Source of the DNA: Felis catus
Taxonomy: Eukaryota
DNA length: 64,000 nt
Assembly (NCBI RefSeq): GCF_018350175.1
Contig: NC_058368.1
Coordinates: forward strand, 192,140,001-192,204,000
Reading direction: 5' to 3'
Below are positions 37,903-50,557 of the stretch, piece after piece; positions within the stretch are counted from its first letter, which is position 1, and every line of letters starts with the position of its first letter. A program made the position numbers and the translations under genes. The notes beneath the pieces were generated by a model, which saw only the letters and a program-made list of their open reading frames with translations, searched no databases and was not told the origin of the DNA.

Positions 37903-38589
37903 ACCATTCCTGAGGAAATTAAAGCACTATCAGTCAGCACTTGGTGGATGAAAGTGAGTGGACAAGAATCCTAATCAAAGTGAAATGTAGAAATAAAAAC
38001 TCAGAGCTTGATGAAAATTAGAGAATTCTGAAATGTCCGTGTTGGAAGAGGCCTGGGACATCAGTGCTGCTCACCGAATGCCAGGTCCGCGGTACTCCCT
38101 GGCCCCCTGTGCCTGCATGGGCCTGGAAGGAATCGTGAGGGGAACCGTGAGAGGACATGGCACCTGTCACTCCCAGGCCACGTGACTGCCAGTGAGAGAC
38201 CCCCCCACCCAGAGTGCTTTCCTCTGTCACTTTCCATCCCAGCACTCTGCAGCAACAGAAACTGGCTACGCCGTCTCCCCGAGCCCCAGAGCAAGGAGAC
38301 ACAGAAAGGAGCCCGTGCTGACCCACAGTGGACATGCGGCATGAATGAGACAACAAACCTGGCTGACACAAAGCCTTAAATGTGATCTGGATAGGGAAAC
38401 CGAGGAGCCAAAAGGAAAGAGATCTGTCCAGCATCACAGAGCTGGCTACCTACAAGAACCCAGGGGCAAGATTCCGAGCCACGCCCCCACGCCCCCCACC
38501 GCTTCCCATCAAGTCGTCTTTCCTTTAGACCTGACCGAGCACGTCACACATCTCGCAGATCACTGCCCCTCTAACCCGAAGCACATTCT

Positions 38590-39090
38590 GCTTCTGTAAA
38601 TTAATGCCAAGTCTGAATTAAACTCATCATCGCCTCATTTTTACAAACTGTCTCCTCGTGCAACGCACGCAGAACTGCGTCTTCTCAGGAGATAGCGGGA
38701 GACGTCGAGGGGGGTCCGGAGGGGGAGCGGAGGGAAACCTGCTCCGTTATTTATAGAATCGAGGCTAATTTAATTAAGTTTTGACAGAAAGGGCTCAATT
38801 TCGCAGACAGTTGCCACCCGTTTCTCCTGCAGTCTGGATTTCCTCGCAGTAACTGACTCCACTCCATCTTCCTCTTTGATGTATGAGGCTATAAAACAGG
38901 GAGTGAGCAAATCACCTTCGAAGAGGCCTTTTGTCATTGCAATAACTAGAAGTAATTTACGGGCACCTGGAATTTGGGTTCTCTGTCTCCCACTCGGCAA
39001 CAGACCGAAATCACAATCTGGAGGCTGGCAGCCAATCAGAAGGTCAAAGTGACTCTGAAATGTATCAGTCCTCTAGAATCTAGGGTAAGA
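38590..39090. promoter_or_regulatory. Candidate enhancer/promoter block
   Basis: No recognisable repeat, locally CpG-richer; MEF2, homeodomain P3, MEIS, TCF/LEF, TATA and CCAAT consensus matches within about 300 bp. Confidence 0.45.
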
Positions 39091-39518
39091 AACAGCAATG
39101 CCCACACTCAGCACTAAAACCATCAGCAAAGATTTTAGACTCAGGCTGCCTTTTGGGTATTTGGGACTTACCTCCCCTTTGGGGTGTCCTGGGATACCCT
39201 CCCCTATCCTCATCACCATCCATCTCCCTGCCATCCTTCACGACCCAGTTTAATTGCTGCCTCTTCCAGGAAGCCCTCCCTGACTACCCTAGCCCAGACA
39301 TGTGTACTGTATGTTCTGACTACAATTATACTGGCACCTTTCACATTCTCACCTGGCGCATGCTCTTTATGTATGCAGGTCTAGACTCTATAGATCATGT
39401 TTCTGTAGACATAGGTTTCACGTCACCTGCCACTGATCAGTTAGTAGTGGCTGCCCTAGAGGGCCACAGCAACAACTCTCAGCCTGCATCTGGGCTCAGT
39501 GGTTAAGAGTCTAAATTA

Positions 39519-39682
39519 GGGGCACCTGTGTGGCTCAGCCAGTTAAGAGTTCAACTCTTGGTTCTCTTGGTTTCAGCTCAGGACATGATTTCACGGTTTG
39601 TGAGTTAGAGCCCTGCGCTGGGCTCTGTCCTGATGGTGTGGAGCCTGCTTGGGATTCTCCCTCTCTTTCTCTGCCCCTCAAG

Positions 39683-39727
<45 letters not shown>

Positions 39728-39802
39728 TCTCTCTCTCCATCTCTCTCTCTCTCCCTCCCTGCTTGCACTCTCTCTCAAAATAAATAAATAAACTTAAAAA
39801 AA
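39519..39802 (+). mobile_element. CAN-SINE (first of tandem pair)
   Basis: TSD aagagt(c/g)taaa(t/c)t. Confidence 0.93.
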
Positions 39803-39815
39803 AAGAGTGTAAACT

Positions 39816-40013
39816 GGGGCACCAGATAGCTCAGTTGGTTAAGTGTCCACCTCTTGATTTCAGCTCAGGTCATGATCCCATGGTCCTGGGACTGAGCCCC
39901 GCATCGGGCTCAGCGCTGGGTGTGGAGCCTGATTAGGGTTCTCTCTCTCTCTTTCCCTCTGCCTCTCTCCCGCATTCATACACCTTCTCTCTAAAAAGAG
40001 GAAAAAAGAAAAA
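39816..40013 (+). mobile_element. CAN-SINE (second of tandem pair)
   Basis: ggggcaccagatagctcagttggttaag...; followed by aaaagtgtaatt. Confidence 0.9.
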
Positions 40014-40297
40014 AAAAGTGTAATTATTGATTAGCAAAGTCTTGCCACAGGTATGGCCGGGTGGAGAAGGAAAATATATGGCATATGTCTGCCCTCTTTG
40101 CTATATACAGTAATGTACAAGTCCATAATGAAAACTTGCTCATGTTCCCAGGAACATTTGCATAGGCACACAAAGCATGCCGAAAATTATTTGAAGAATA
40201 AGTATTTCCCATTTTAACAATGACCTAACTTTAATGCATCCATCATATGTATTCTAATTATAATTCTTTCAAACAGTTCTTAATACACATATGTGTA

Positions 40298-40505
40298 GGG
40301 GCGCCTGGGTGGCTCAGTCGGTAAAGCATCCGACTTCCGCTCAGGTCATGATCTCGCGGTTTGTGAGTTCGAGTCCCGTGTCGGGCTCTGTGCTGACAGC
40401 TCAGAGCCTGGAGCCTGTTTCAGATTCTGGGTCTCCCTCTCTCTGACCCTCCCCCGTTCATGCTCTGTCTCTCTCTGTCTCAAAAATAAATAAACGTTAA
40501 AAAAA
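40298..40505 (+). mobile_element. CAN-SINE (SINEC_Fc)
   Basis: TSD aatacacatatgtgta at 40282-40297 and 40506-40521. Confidence 0.96.
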
Positions 40506-40851
40506 AATACACATATGTGTAGACCAGACTCCCCCTCAGAAGTTTTTCCAAAGCTAGAACTTGTATGAGGGATGGCTTTCGATAGACCAACCACCTAACG
40601 TTTCTGGATCTGAAAATATTAACATCTTTAAAACTCCTGGCATCTGTACAGTAACTAACGATTTTCAAAGGTTTTGTATCTCGTTCCTCAACTGATGACA
40701 ATGTGGGTTTCATGAGGTAACGAGTTACTTCTACTTTACAGCTTTGAAACAATTCGTTTAGTAGCATAATGATTAGACAGGACCAGAAAAGGTAACCCAG
40801 CAAACATTAACCAATCCCCCATAAAGCAAAACAAGCAATTCAGGTCTAGGC

Positions 40852-41090
40852 CAGTGTTTCCTTCCCCCCCCCCCCAACCCAGAACACCGTGGTTTTTTGT
40901 GATCAAGTAAATTTGGAAAACATCACCAGGTGTCCCTACGGTAGGACTTCTTGGAAGCTTCTACGACACTAATGCACTTGGTGAACTGCACAGAGCGCCC
41001 TCAACATGAAATACTTCCTCCCTATTTGACTCTAGAACCCCTTTAACAAAAAGCATTTGAGTCCTCCATAACCTTTTAGGAAATGTTTGC
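40852..41090. mobile_element. MER103-like hAT-Charlie MITE
   Basis: cagtgtttcc...gatcaagtaaatttggaaaac...tatttgactctagaaccc...ttttaggaaatg. Confidence 0.5.
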
Positions 41091-41149
41091 CTTTTAGGAA
41101 ATGACTCCTCTCCCCACATTCATCTAAAGTTACCAGCAGGGGCGCTAGA

Positions 41150-41390
41150 AGGACAGCAGGCTAGTTAAGAGCAGGGGCTCTAGGATCCAACTGGGTTCAA
41201 GTTCTGGCTCCAGCACTTACTGGCTTACTAGCTGTGACCTTGGGTGAGTCACTGAGCCCCCCAGCCTCACTTCCCTGCCTGTAACACGCAGATTCTAGCA
41301 GGGCCTGTCCCCTTGGGCTCTCAGGAAGACTGGGTGAAAGGAGGCAGCGGGACCTACCTCATATGGGCACTTGATAAATGGCGACTGGCA
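41150..41390 (+). mobile_element. MIR
   Basis: gttaagagcaggggctct...ctgggttcaagttctggctc...ctgtgaccttgggtgagtcact. Confidence 0.8.
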
Positions 41391-41445
41391 TTATTGCCAG
41401 TGAGGAGGAAGGTCAGAGTAGAATCTATTTAAAAACAGAACAAAG

Positions 41446-41876
41446 CGTCACAGGTTGGGCTCCACAGGAAGCAGACTTCAAAATGGAGTTTCAAGCGCAG
41501 GAGGTTTATCGAGGAGTGCTCCTGAGGTCGACATCTGTAGAAGGGAAGGGAGGGGTGGGAAGGGAGAGACGGAGGAGCTGTGATGTGGCCCAACAACAGC
41601 CAGCCCCACGGGGAGAGATGCAGAGCTAAACTGACCCTTCAGAACTGTCCCCGGTTGGGCTGGGAAGACTGGGCCTTTATAACCCCATGTGGATCAATCG
41701 CTGGATATGGGTCACCCCAAGGAAGGCCTCACCTTGGGCAAGAGGACTCCTCACAACTCAGGCAGTCAGTCCCTCAAGGGGCCGCCAGCACTGCCAACAG
41801 CTGGGACAAGTCCTCTACCTCCTCTGAGGGGCGTCTGAGCAGGGCACCCACGCACTGACATGCGGTGTCCATCATG
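41446..41876 (-). mobile_element. LTR16-like ERVL solo LTR
   Basis: aggttgggctccacaggaagcagac...gcaggaggtttatcgaggagtgctc. Confidence 0.7.
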
Positions 41877-43359
41877 CAAAAAAAAAAAAAAAAAAAAAGA
41901 ATCAAAAAAAAAGAAAACAAAACAAAACAGAAAACAAAGCAAAAGCTTCCTCTGACCCTCTGGGAAGGAAAAAGGGCATTCTGCAGACATCAACCAAATC
42001 TAGTCATTTATTTGTTCATCATTTATTAATGCCTACCATATGCCAGGCCCCAGGGCTTAGGGCTTATGAATCAGGTCCTGATTCTATAGCAATAATAATA
42101 ATAATGTTTTCTCCTGACTTTTTTAAGGCGTGAAAATAAAGACGGGGAAACAGAGAAGGAAGAGCTATCGAATCACTTGAAGCCAGGATGTATTCTCAGG
42201 TGATCAGTCACCTGTCAGCCCGGTATGAAAAGGTGTTAATTTGAATGAAGAAAGGGACACGGCCATTTTTTTCCCCACAGCAATACATCAAGCTGTTCTC
42301 CCGGTGACTTAGCGTGCTTGGCAAACTGTGTGCACTGCACAAAATTGAATTCCCAGGTTTGGGGAAGCCTGGGCAGGCTCGAGGTACATGAGGATTTATG
42401 GCTTTGAGGTACTTAAAATGCCTCCCACTGAATTTGTTGTGACCTTCTCCCCCTGCCCGTGGCCCCAGGTTAAACACAGCCTGGGGCTGAGCAAAGGTTA
42501 ACAGCACAGCAAATCAAGCCAAAGCAGCCCCAAGGAGACAGGTCCCTGTGAGATGCAGGGAAGGAAGGTCCTTTGTGTCCCTGAAAGGCTGGGCTGCATT
42601 CCTCTCTCCCCCGGAGGAGAGAGTGCCCACCCTGCCCTCAGTCTCCTCTCAATCTCTCCTTCTGGTCACCTAACATGTTCTCTCTAGTGGCCCATGGCGC
42701 ACTGTTCTCCTTCAGAATCAGATAACTCTCGCTTTTCCCACCGAACTTCTTACCTGCTTATGTCTAGTCTTCCCAAGAGGCCAGCAAGCGAGTCTGCACC
42801 TAACATTTCACATTTGCATAGCACTGTAATTTACGACCTGCTTCTGGGGCCCACAACCAGCCGAGAGGCAGGCACTGCCTCTCGAAGCAAGGGCACTGAG
42901 GCCCACGGCGGCACAGTGACTTGCCCAAGGTCACAGAGCAAACCGGGCAGGACATAAGCCAGGCCCTCTCTGCCACAAAATGGCCCCACTCGCTGCCTCT
43001 CAGCCATGCCTTGGCAGTGTGCCTTATACTTAGTAGGACAAGCGATCCAGGTCCTGCACTGGGGGGATTGCCTGGGCATCACAGCAGGAATGGCCGGTCT
43101 CCCAGAGGAAGCTCATGTCTGCACCTCTTGCAAATTTATTATCCACATCGAACACACCTGGAGAAGCCAAAGTTGGGGTTTTTTTTCCCTACTCTTTGTA
43201 TTACTATCAAGCCAAAGCAACAGATGAAAATTTTGAAATAAAACAACAGATTTTTTTTTAATTTCACCATCCCAAGTGAACTTAGGGAATTATCATCCTG
43301 CAAAATGGAATATTTTTCTTGTCAGTTAAATTTCTTGTTTTAAAATCTTCCCAAGCATA

Positions 43360-43387
43360 TTTTTTTAAGTTTTATTCTTTTTGTTTT

Positions 43388-43428
<41 letters not shown>

Positions 43429-43584
43429 TGAGGCTGAGGGAGGGGAAGAGAGAGAGGGAGAGAATCCCAAGCAGGCTCCGAGCTGTCAGCTCAGAGCCTG
43501 ACGTGGGGCTCAAACCCACAAACCGTGAGATCATGACCTGAGCCAAAATCAGACCCTTGACTGACTGAGCCCCCCAGGCAACCC
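43360..43584 (-). mobile_element. CAN-SINE
   Basis: TSD tcccaagcata; (GA)n. Confidence 0.93.
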
Positions 43585-43769
43585 TCCCAAGCATAATTTC
43601 AAGACTGAGCTCTTGGCAGGTGTCTCCTCTACACCTCTTTCACTTATGCAGATGCCCACGGAGCACCTGCAGTGGGGAGGTGCTGTGCTAAGTGCTGAGA
43701 ACCAGGCTGGCAAGATCCCTGTCCTCAGGGCGTCTTACATGTTTCATAGGCTTATTAAACAGGTAAGTA

Positions 43770-44680
43770 CAGGGCAGGATTTAGAAACATTGCTCTTTGT
43801 AACCCTGTTGGTGGGAGTTTAAAATAGTACAACCTTTATGAAGAGCAATTCTGGCAGTGGCTATGGAAATTTTAGATGTGAATAGCTGAGGACCCCAGCA
43901 GATGCAAAACAAAGCAAACTACACTAAAACAGCAGATACTAATGCAAGGGCAGAAAGTTATCAGTATAAAAATATTCGTTTCAACATTGTCAGTAATAGC
44001 AAAAAAAAAAAAAGAAGAAGGAAGGGCAGGGAGAGAGGAAGAAAACAAAAGAGGAGGATGATGGTTTAAAATATTATGGTACGTTTATACCATTGATTGC
44101 TAGGGAGTCAATAAATATGAGGCATCTATCTGTATTGACTTGAGAAAATGTTTATAAAATAGGCTAAGTGAGGGCACCTGGGTGACTCAGTCAGGTAAGC
44201 ATTCGACTTTGGCTCAGGTCATGATCTCACAGTCTGTGTGTTCGAGCCTGGTGTCGGGTGAACACAAGCCCCACTCCGGGCTCCACACTCTCCCTCTGTC
44301 CTTCCCTCTACCCTCTGCACTTCACTCACTCCTGCTCTCTCTCTCTCACTCTCTCAAAAATAAATAAATAAAATTAAAAAAATATAAATATATATATATA
44401 TGCTAAGTGAAAACAAGCAATTTGGAAAACAATGTATACACTGGACATATCTGTGTACGAAGATATGTGGATATACCTACACAGGCATGTATGTACAATG
44501 AATGTGTACATAGTAAACTCAAAGGGGAAAAAAAACAAACAAGGAAACAGACCAAACTGTTGTCAGTGGATCTCTCTGAAGAGTAGAACAAGGATGGTTT
44601 AAACTGACAAACTTCTGAACTGTTTGTAAACTAACATTCATTATTTTTGTAATTTTGAAAACCCAGTTTAGCAAAATAAA
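43770..44680 (+). mobile_element. L1ME-type 3' end interrupted by a SINE
   Basis: tgttggtgggagtttaaaatagtacaacctttatgaagagcaatt...aagtgaaaacaagcaatttggaaaacaatgtatac. Confidence 0.7.
44172..44400 (+). mobile_element. CAN-SINE variant
   Basis: gggcacctgggtgactcagtcagg; extra internal segment gtcgggtgaacacaagccccac; TSD gctaagtga. Confidence 0.88.
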
Positions 44681-45068
44681 GAGCACTAAATGCTCCGACC
44701 GGGGAAGAAGAGAGGGCTATTTCTGACCACCAAGTAGGAGTGAGTCACCCTCACTTCTTGTCATTTTAATAGGCTTATCCCACAATCTCCAACACTCCCC
44801 TGCAAGACCCCAAACATCCTGCGATTTATAACCCCACCTAGTGGCAGACGGGTGAATGTCAGGCGCCCAAACCATTAGAGAAATACCGTTTTGCAAAGGG
44901 AGGACGCCTGTGATGGATTTCATAGCTAAATGCTGCACAATGACTAGTGACAAAAGGGGCCCTAGAGAGCCCTGCTTACCTCAGGGGTCATTGAGAGAAG
45001 AAACTGAGCCGAGTATGTGTAGAGGCTATGATTCCCAGTTCATGCACTCATGTGTGCAAGAAACACAA

Positions 45069-45288
45069 TTTTTTTTATTATTTTTTTAACGTTTATTTAC
45101 TTCTGAGACAGAGAGAGACAGAGCAGGAGTGGGGGAGGGGCAGAGAGAGAGGGAGACACAGAATCAGAAGCAGGTTCCAGGCTCTGAGCTGTCAGCACAG
45201 AGCCCGACTCGAGGCTCCAACTCACAAACTGAGATCATGACCTGAGCCAAAGTCAGAGGCTTAACTTACTGAGCCACCCAGGTGCCCC
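45069..45288 (-). mobile_element. CAN-SINE
   Basis: SINEC_Fc text on minus strand. Confidence 0.95.
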
Positions 45289-46559
45289 TCTTTTATTTTT
45301 ATAACTCAGCTAAACTTGCATTTTGAGTTCTTACTTTGCCAAGATAACAGAAACTTATTTTCCGTCAACACAGTACCCCTGGCTCTATCTCCACCATCAC
45401 TCCCAATACGCACGGTTTACCCACAAATAACACCAGGATCATGCCAAAGTTCACGGGTGGGGTCTCCGTGGGCCAAGGTGCTGGGAGTGGGATCAGGTCT
45501 ACACAGGATTCCTCAAGATGCCTGGGGCTTCGCACTCAGCTTCTTCAGGCCCTGCAACCTCCCCCTTGCTTCCCAGTGGGGCCCTCTCTGCATGGCCTGC
45601 CCTGCCTCTCCAACAAGCCTAGCTGCCCCAGTGGCTCCCCTGCTCCTCCCTTCCTGGCACTGAGCCCAGGGGGCAGGGGGCAGGACGTCTCTTTCCCAGA
45701 CCCACAGAGCACACTGCTCTTATCGCTTCTCCATGCCACAGGACATCTTTCCAGTCTGGATAGGGCTGCTGGGGGCAGATGTAAATCCATCTGTCTTCCC
45801 ACACTCCCCTAAGTCAGTGGAGGGCAGCACAAAAACCTAGAAGCTCCGCCTCACCCTCCTCCCCTGAGGTGAGGAAGCTCAGTGCTGGGCAGGGACAGGC
45901 AGGCTGTGGGGATGGGGAGGAGGGAAAAGAGAAGGGGAAAAAGGAAGCGGCTAAGTGCCACGTGGAAATGTGGTAGCATTGGAGTTAAAGGTTTGGTGAT
46001 TGACATACGATTGTCTAGGTCTGAATCCCCGTTTTAGCACTTGCTAGCAGTGGTCAAATAATTCCACTTTTCTTCAAGGATGAGCTATCATCCTATCTCC
46101 CTTCGTGGGCCATTGTGGGAAGTCAGTGAGATAAAGGGACACAGGTACTGAATCAGCCTTTTTCCTCCCCCTCCACTTACAAATAAAGGCTGAAACTTGG
46201 CAGTGACCCATTGTAATTCAATTCAGAGTGCTTTACACACCACCTCTGCCTAAAGGTGGAAAATGTCCACTGTCTCAGCATGAACCTCATGCTGACATCA
46301 CTTATTCTTCTGAAAGATCAGACAGAGAGCAATGTCAACTTCTTTAGCTGAGACTCTAAAAGGAGTTTGCAGGCCAACGACTCTTCAGGAATTGTAACTT
46401 TTCCCAAGGCTGAGAGAAGCAATCGTTGGAACTAATGGCAATATCTACTCAAAGCCTCCTCAGGGCTTAATCTCAAAAGCCTGGCTCAGAAAAGGCTTCA
46501 GAGAGATATATCCTATGAAGCTTTGAACCAAGGGACACGCCTCTCCCTAAACAGATAAA

Positions 46560-46706
46560 GGCAATGGTTTTCCCAACCTCAACACGCATGGGACTCCTGG
46601 GAAAGCTTCTGTAGGTCTGGGGTAGGGACCATGAATCTGTATTTCTAACAAGTTCCCAGGTAATTCTGATGTGGTCAGTGGGAGACCATTCTCTGAGAAC
46701 CAGTGG
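46560..46706. mobile_element. MER5-like MITE
   Basis: gtaggtctggggtaggg...aatctgtatttctaacaagttcccaggtaattctgatg...tgagaaccagtg. Confidence 0.75.
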
Positions 46707-47199
46707 ATTAATGAAAAACACAGTTCAATACAAGGGCCAAGAGGAACAGTAAAGTAAGAGGGATTTGCGTCTGTAACTCATTCTCCCTAGGGTACACTTA
46801 CAGCTATCTTATAGGACAGAATGCAAGGATCTTTGGCACACTTGCTCAAGAACACGTCTTACATTTATTAATACTCATCATTGCCATTAGAATGGCAAAT
46901 GTTTTAAGGCTGGTGCCCAGGGAATTTCAGGCCTCAATGGGAAGAGTTTCTCCTCTATCCCCCCAAATACCACTCCATACAAACCACCCGGCCAGGACCA
47001 GGGAAGCTATTTGTCCTCTAAATTCTACATACACATTTCCTCCTACCCATGCTCTGGAGTTTAAGATTGTGCCCCCAGCTCACTCTCATCCCTTCTGTGG
47101 ACTGGTCCCTTCTTCCAGACTCAGCAGGGCAAGGCAGCCACTGAACCAGTCATCTGCCAGCTCTCAAGAGTTATCTCATCTAGAAAAGAACCCCAGTCC

Positions 47200-47610
47200 A
47201 TGGGACAGGGTGGGAGCCATCTGGCACTACTCACCACCATTTCTTATTAGACCAGGAATGACCAGACCTGGCCCAGGCCAATCAGATTCACTCCTGGGAA
47301 TGTGAAATCAAGATTCAGAGGCATCTAGTCAATATCTGAAATTAGCTAGACTGATAATTATGAGGTAGCCCAAATTCACCAGATAGCCTGAGGAGAAGAA
47401 ACTAACCCACAGCAGAAAAAAGAACAAAGTAACCATGCCCAGGTGGAAAGCGGACAAGCCTGACCAGGTGGCATTCAAGACCCCGATTTTATCTCTTCCT
47501 GAGACCTTCCTCATGCCCACCCGTGGGTTCCATGTGACATTTGGCGCCTTTACATTAATTGCCCTTTTCTACTTAAGTTAGCTCCAGTCAGAATTACTCA
47601 ACCAACTATT
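47200..47610 (+). mobile_element. Old MLT1(K-like) LTR
   Basis: ggccaatcagattcactcctgggaat...ccttttctacttaagttagc. Confidence 0.5.
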
Positions 47611-48031
47611 GGCTGAGTGCCTAAGCTGAGCCAGGGGCTGCCCTTGGTGCTGGAGAGATGGCGGTATACACAACAGACCCATTCCTGATCCCTCGGATCT
47701 GACCTACAAAAACTTGTTTATCTGCAACACAGGACCTGTAGTGTAGCCCCTACACTTGCCCCATTATAGGGAAATGTTCACACAGAAAGAAAAGTTATCA
47801 GAAAACATACACAGTTTATTGAATATCTACTATGTGCCAGGGACCCTGCTAAGAGTTTTACATGCACCTGCTGTCAATGAGGCAGGTACAATTATCATCT
47901 CCAGTTGCTCAAGGACATGCAGGATTCACACCTAGGTAGTCTGAATCTTCAGAGCCACTAAGAGATAAGAGAGAGAGAAAGATCCAGAACAAACACAGAC
48001 ACTGAGGGAAGGTGTGTGCACATGTGTGCAT

Positions 48032-48032
<1 letters not shown>

Positions 48033-48074
<42 letters not shown>
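48033..48074. repeat. (CA)n microsatellite
   Basis: Direct reading. Confidence 0.95.
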
Positions 48075-48077
<3 letters not shown>

Positions 48078-48734
48078 TTCAGGCCAGCTACATGAGCACA
48101 GACTCAGGCATCCTGTTGTTCTTTGTCAGGTGCTGGCCTCTGCTTCATTTCCACCCTACAAAGAGACAAAAATCAACCCCTCCCTCTTCTGAAATAACCT
48201 TGAGGAATAGCTGGGCTCTGTAATACTTTAATTGGACAAGAGCCTGCCAAATGTGCCCTCCCAAGAGCAGCAGGGATGCATTTCCACCTGCCCTGGATTG
48301 CATATGAATGCTCTTAAGAAATTCCAGAGAATCATTTGGAATGCTTTCCACCAGCAGGTCAGCACTTACCCACTGGATGCCTCCCTGGGAGCCCCATTCA
48401 GGTTCCCTTTCAGTTCTGACCCAGTCTGCTCCTTGAAGATCCAGGAGAGCTGGAAGCAGCTCTGGTGGGCAGGAGTCTGGATCTCTCTGCCAACAGCCCC
48501 TCCCGGCTCAGGGTGGTGAGCAAAGCATGCAAGCATGGCCAAGGCTTTAAGCCCTGCTGAGCCTGGAGAGGACATGGGATTCTAAGAGGCAAATGTGGGA
48601 AGGTAGAGAGCACAGAACCACTGTGTGCAACTCAGCATGCTCGTCTGTAAAGCTGGGATCCTCATACTGTCCTGCCTAGAAACCGATGCCATTTATCAAG
48701 CATGGGCAATGTGCTAAACACGTTTGCATATTAT

Positions 48735-48949
48735 TTTAAAGATTTATTTTTATTTTTATTTATTTTTGAGAGAGAGACAGAGAATGAGCAGGGGAGGAGC
48801 AGAGAGAGACGGGGACACAGAATCCAAAACAGGCTCCAGGCTCTGAGCCGTCAGCACAGAGCCAGATGTGGGGCTCGAACTCACGGACTGTGAGATCAGG
48901 ACCTGAGCTGATGCTGGATGCTTAACTGACTGAGCCACCCAGGTGCCCC
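48735..48949 (-). mobile_element. CAN-SINE within a MIR
   Basis: TSD gtttgcatattat. Confidence 0.95.
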
Positions 48950-49889
48950 TGTTTGCATATTATGTTAAAGAACCCTAGTAGGTAGAGATGACAGTCCCAT
49001 TTTAATAAGTGACAAAAATGAGGTTCCAAAAGATACAACTGTTTAAAAAAAAAAGAAAGAAAGATAGAGCTGGTTCACACAGCTAGTCCTGGTTCACATA
49101 ACCAGCAAAGGCAGAATGGTCATGTTCCAAATTCCACCCTCTTAGCTGCAGGCTGGCTTCCCTTGACTTGTGTTTAAGAGAATAAAAGTGGCAGTGAAAG
49201 AGGAAAGGGCAAAGCCACCGACAGGTCTTCATCTTCATTATGTGCCTGGCAGCGGCCCCGCCTGATCTGGCTGGAACTTGGCTTCCTCACCTCCCCCCCC
49301 ACCCCCTGCCTACCCCGCCACCCCTGAATTATCTCCTAACCCAGCTGCAGACTTCTTGGAACCATTTTCAGAAACCTAAGACAAGAGGCTTAACCCCGGA
49401 ACACCTCAGATGCCACCCAGTCCAGCAAGTTCACAGAGCTCTGGAACAAAGGCGCTGACAAATCCATATCCCATCATCGTGGCTAGAGATTTTTAAAAAC
49501 AGAAATCTAAGATGTGCAGAGAGAATTGGCAAGAGGTATCAAAGTTTAGGCTTCAAATGCTTCTTGAAGGAACAATAGGAAATGTCTGCCTTAAAGCCCC
49601 TAAAGGTGGAGATTTATGATAAATTTGGGGAAACCTCTTTGAAATCCTTTGTCTGCCATCGTCCCTGCTGCCAAGAATCACCTCACACTTTCCATTTCCT
49701 GCTTCCTGCTTGGCTCTCACACAGCTTCAGGGTGAGCAGTCTCTCCATTTGTCTATCCTGAATTCTCAAGGTTCTCCGCACAAGAAAACAAAAACAGCCA
49801 AATACTATCTACTCCTCTATGGAGAAATAAATCCTCGTAGACAGGTCAGAGAAACAGAAAGATACGCTCTATTTTTTTCCTGATTGTCT

Positions 49890-50250
49890 TTTTTATTTTC
49901 TTTCCAGTTTTTATTGAGATATAATTGACATGCAGCACAGGATATGTTTAAGGTGTGCAGCATACTGATTTGACTTACATATATTGTGAAATGATTACGT
50001 TGATAAGTTTAGTTAACATCCATCACCCCCTATAGACACAAAAAGGGCAAGAGCGAGAGCGAGAGAGAGAGAGAGAGAGCAAAATGCTTTTTCCCTTGTG
50101 TCAAGAACTCCTAGGATTTACTCTAACAACTTTCAAGTACACCCACAGAGTGTTGACCATAACCATCATGTTGTACTACTACTTATTTATCTTATAGCCA
50201 AGAATGTGTACCTTTCAACAACCTCCATCCAATTCCCCCTCTGACCACCT
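49890..50250 (-). mobile_element. L1MA-type 3' end
   Basis: ttttattgagatataattgaca...atattgtgaaatgattac...aagtttagttaacatccatc. Confidence 0.8.
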
Positions 50251-50512
50251 GCCTAGAAAGACATGCTTCGATCTTACATCACATCCGGCATGTTTCCAGT
50301 TACAGAAGAGTACAATCAACATCTCAGAGCTAACAGTGGCTCACATGTCAGCTGGGATCTCTCCGTACTTGTCATCCCGAGAAGTCAGAATGTAAGCTCG
50401 GTTAGGGCAGGCATTTTGCCCTTTTTTTTCCTCACTGCTGTATCCTCAGTGCCTGGAGTAGTGCATTATCATTCTGCATCAAATATTTTTGAATAAATAA
50501 GATTGCCTCAAT

Positions 50513-50513
<1 letters not shown>

Positions 50514-50556
<43 letters not shown>
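50514..50556. repeat. (CA)n microsatellite followed by a short (CAG)n
   Basis: Direct reading. Confidence 0.95.

Positions 50557-50557
<1 letters not shown>

Noticed and set aside
41133..41147. CCAGCAGGGGCGC as a CTCF site
   Set aside because: One G short of the CCASYAGRKGGCRS spacing; cannot be supported without ChIP data
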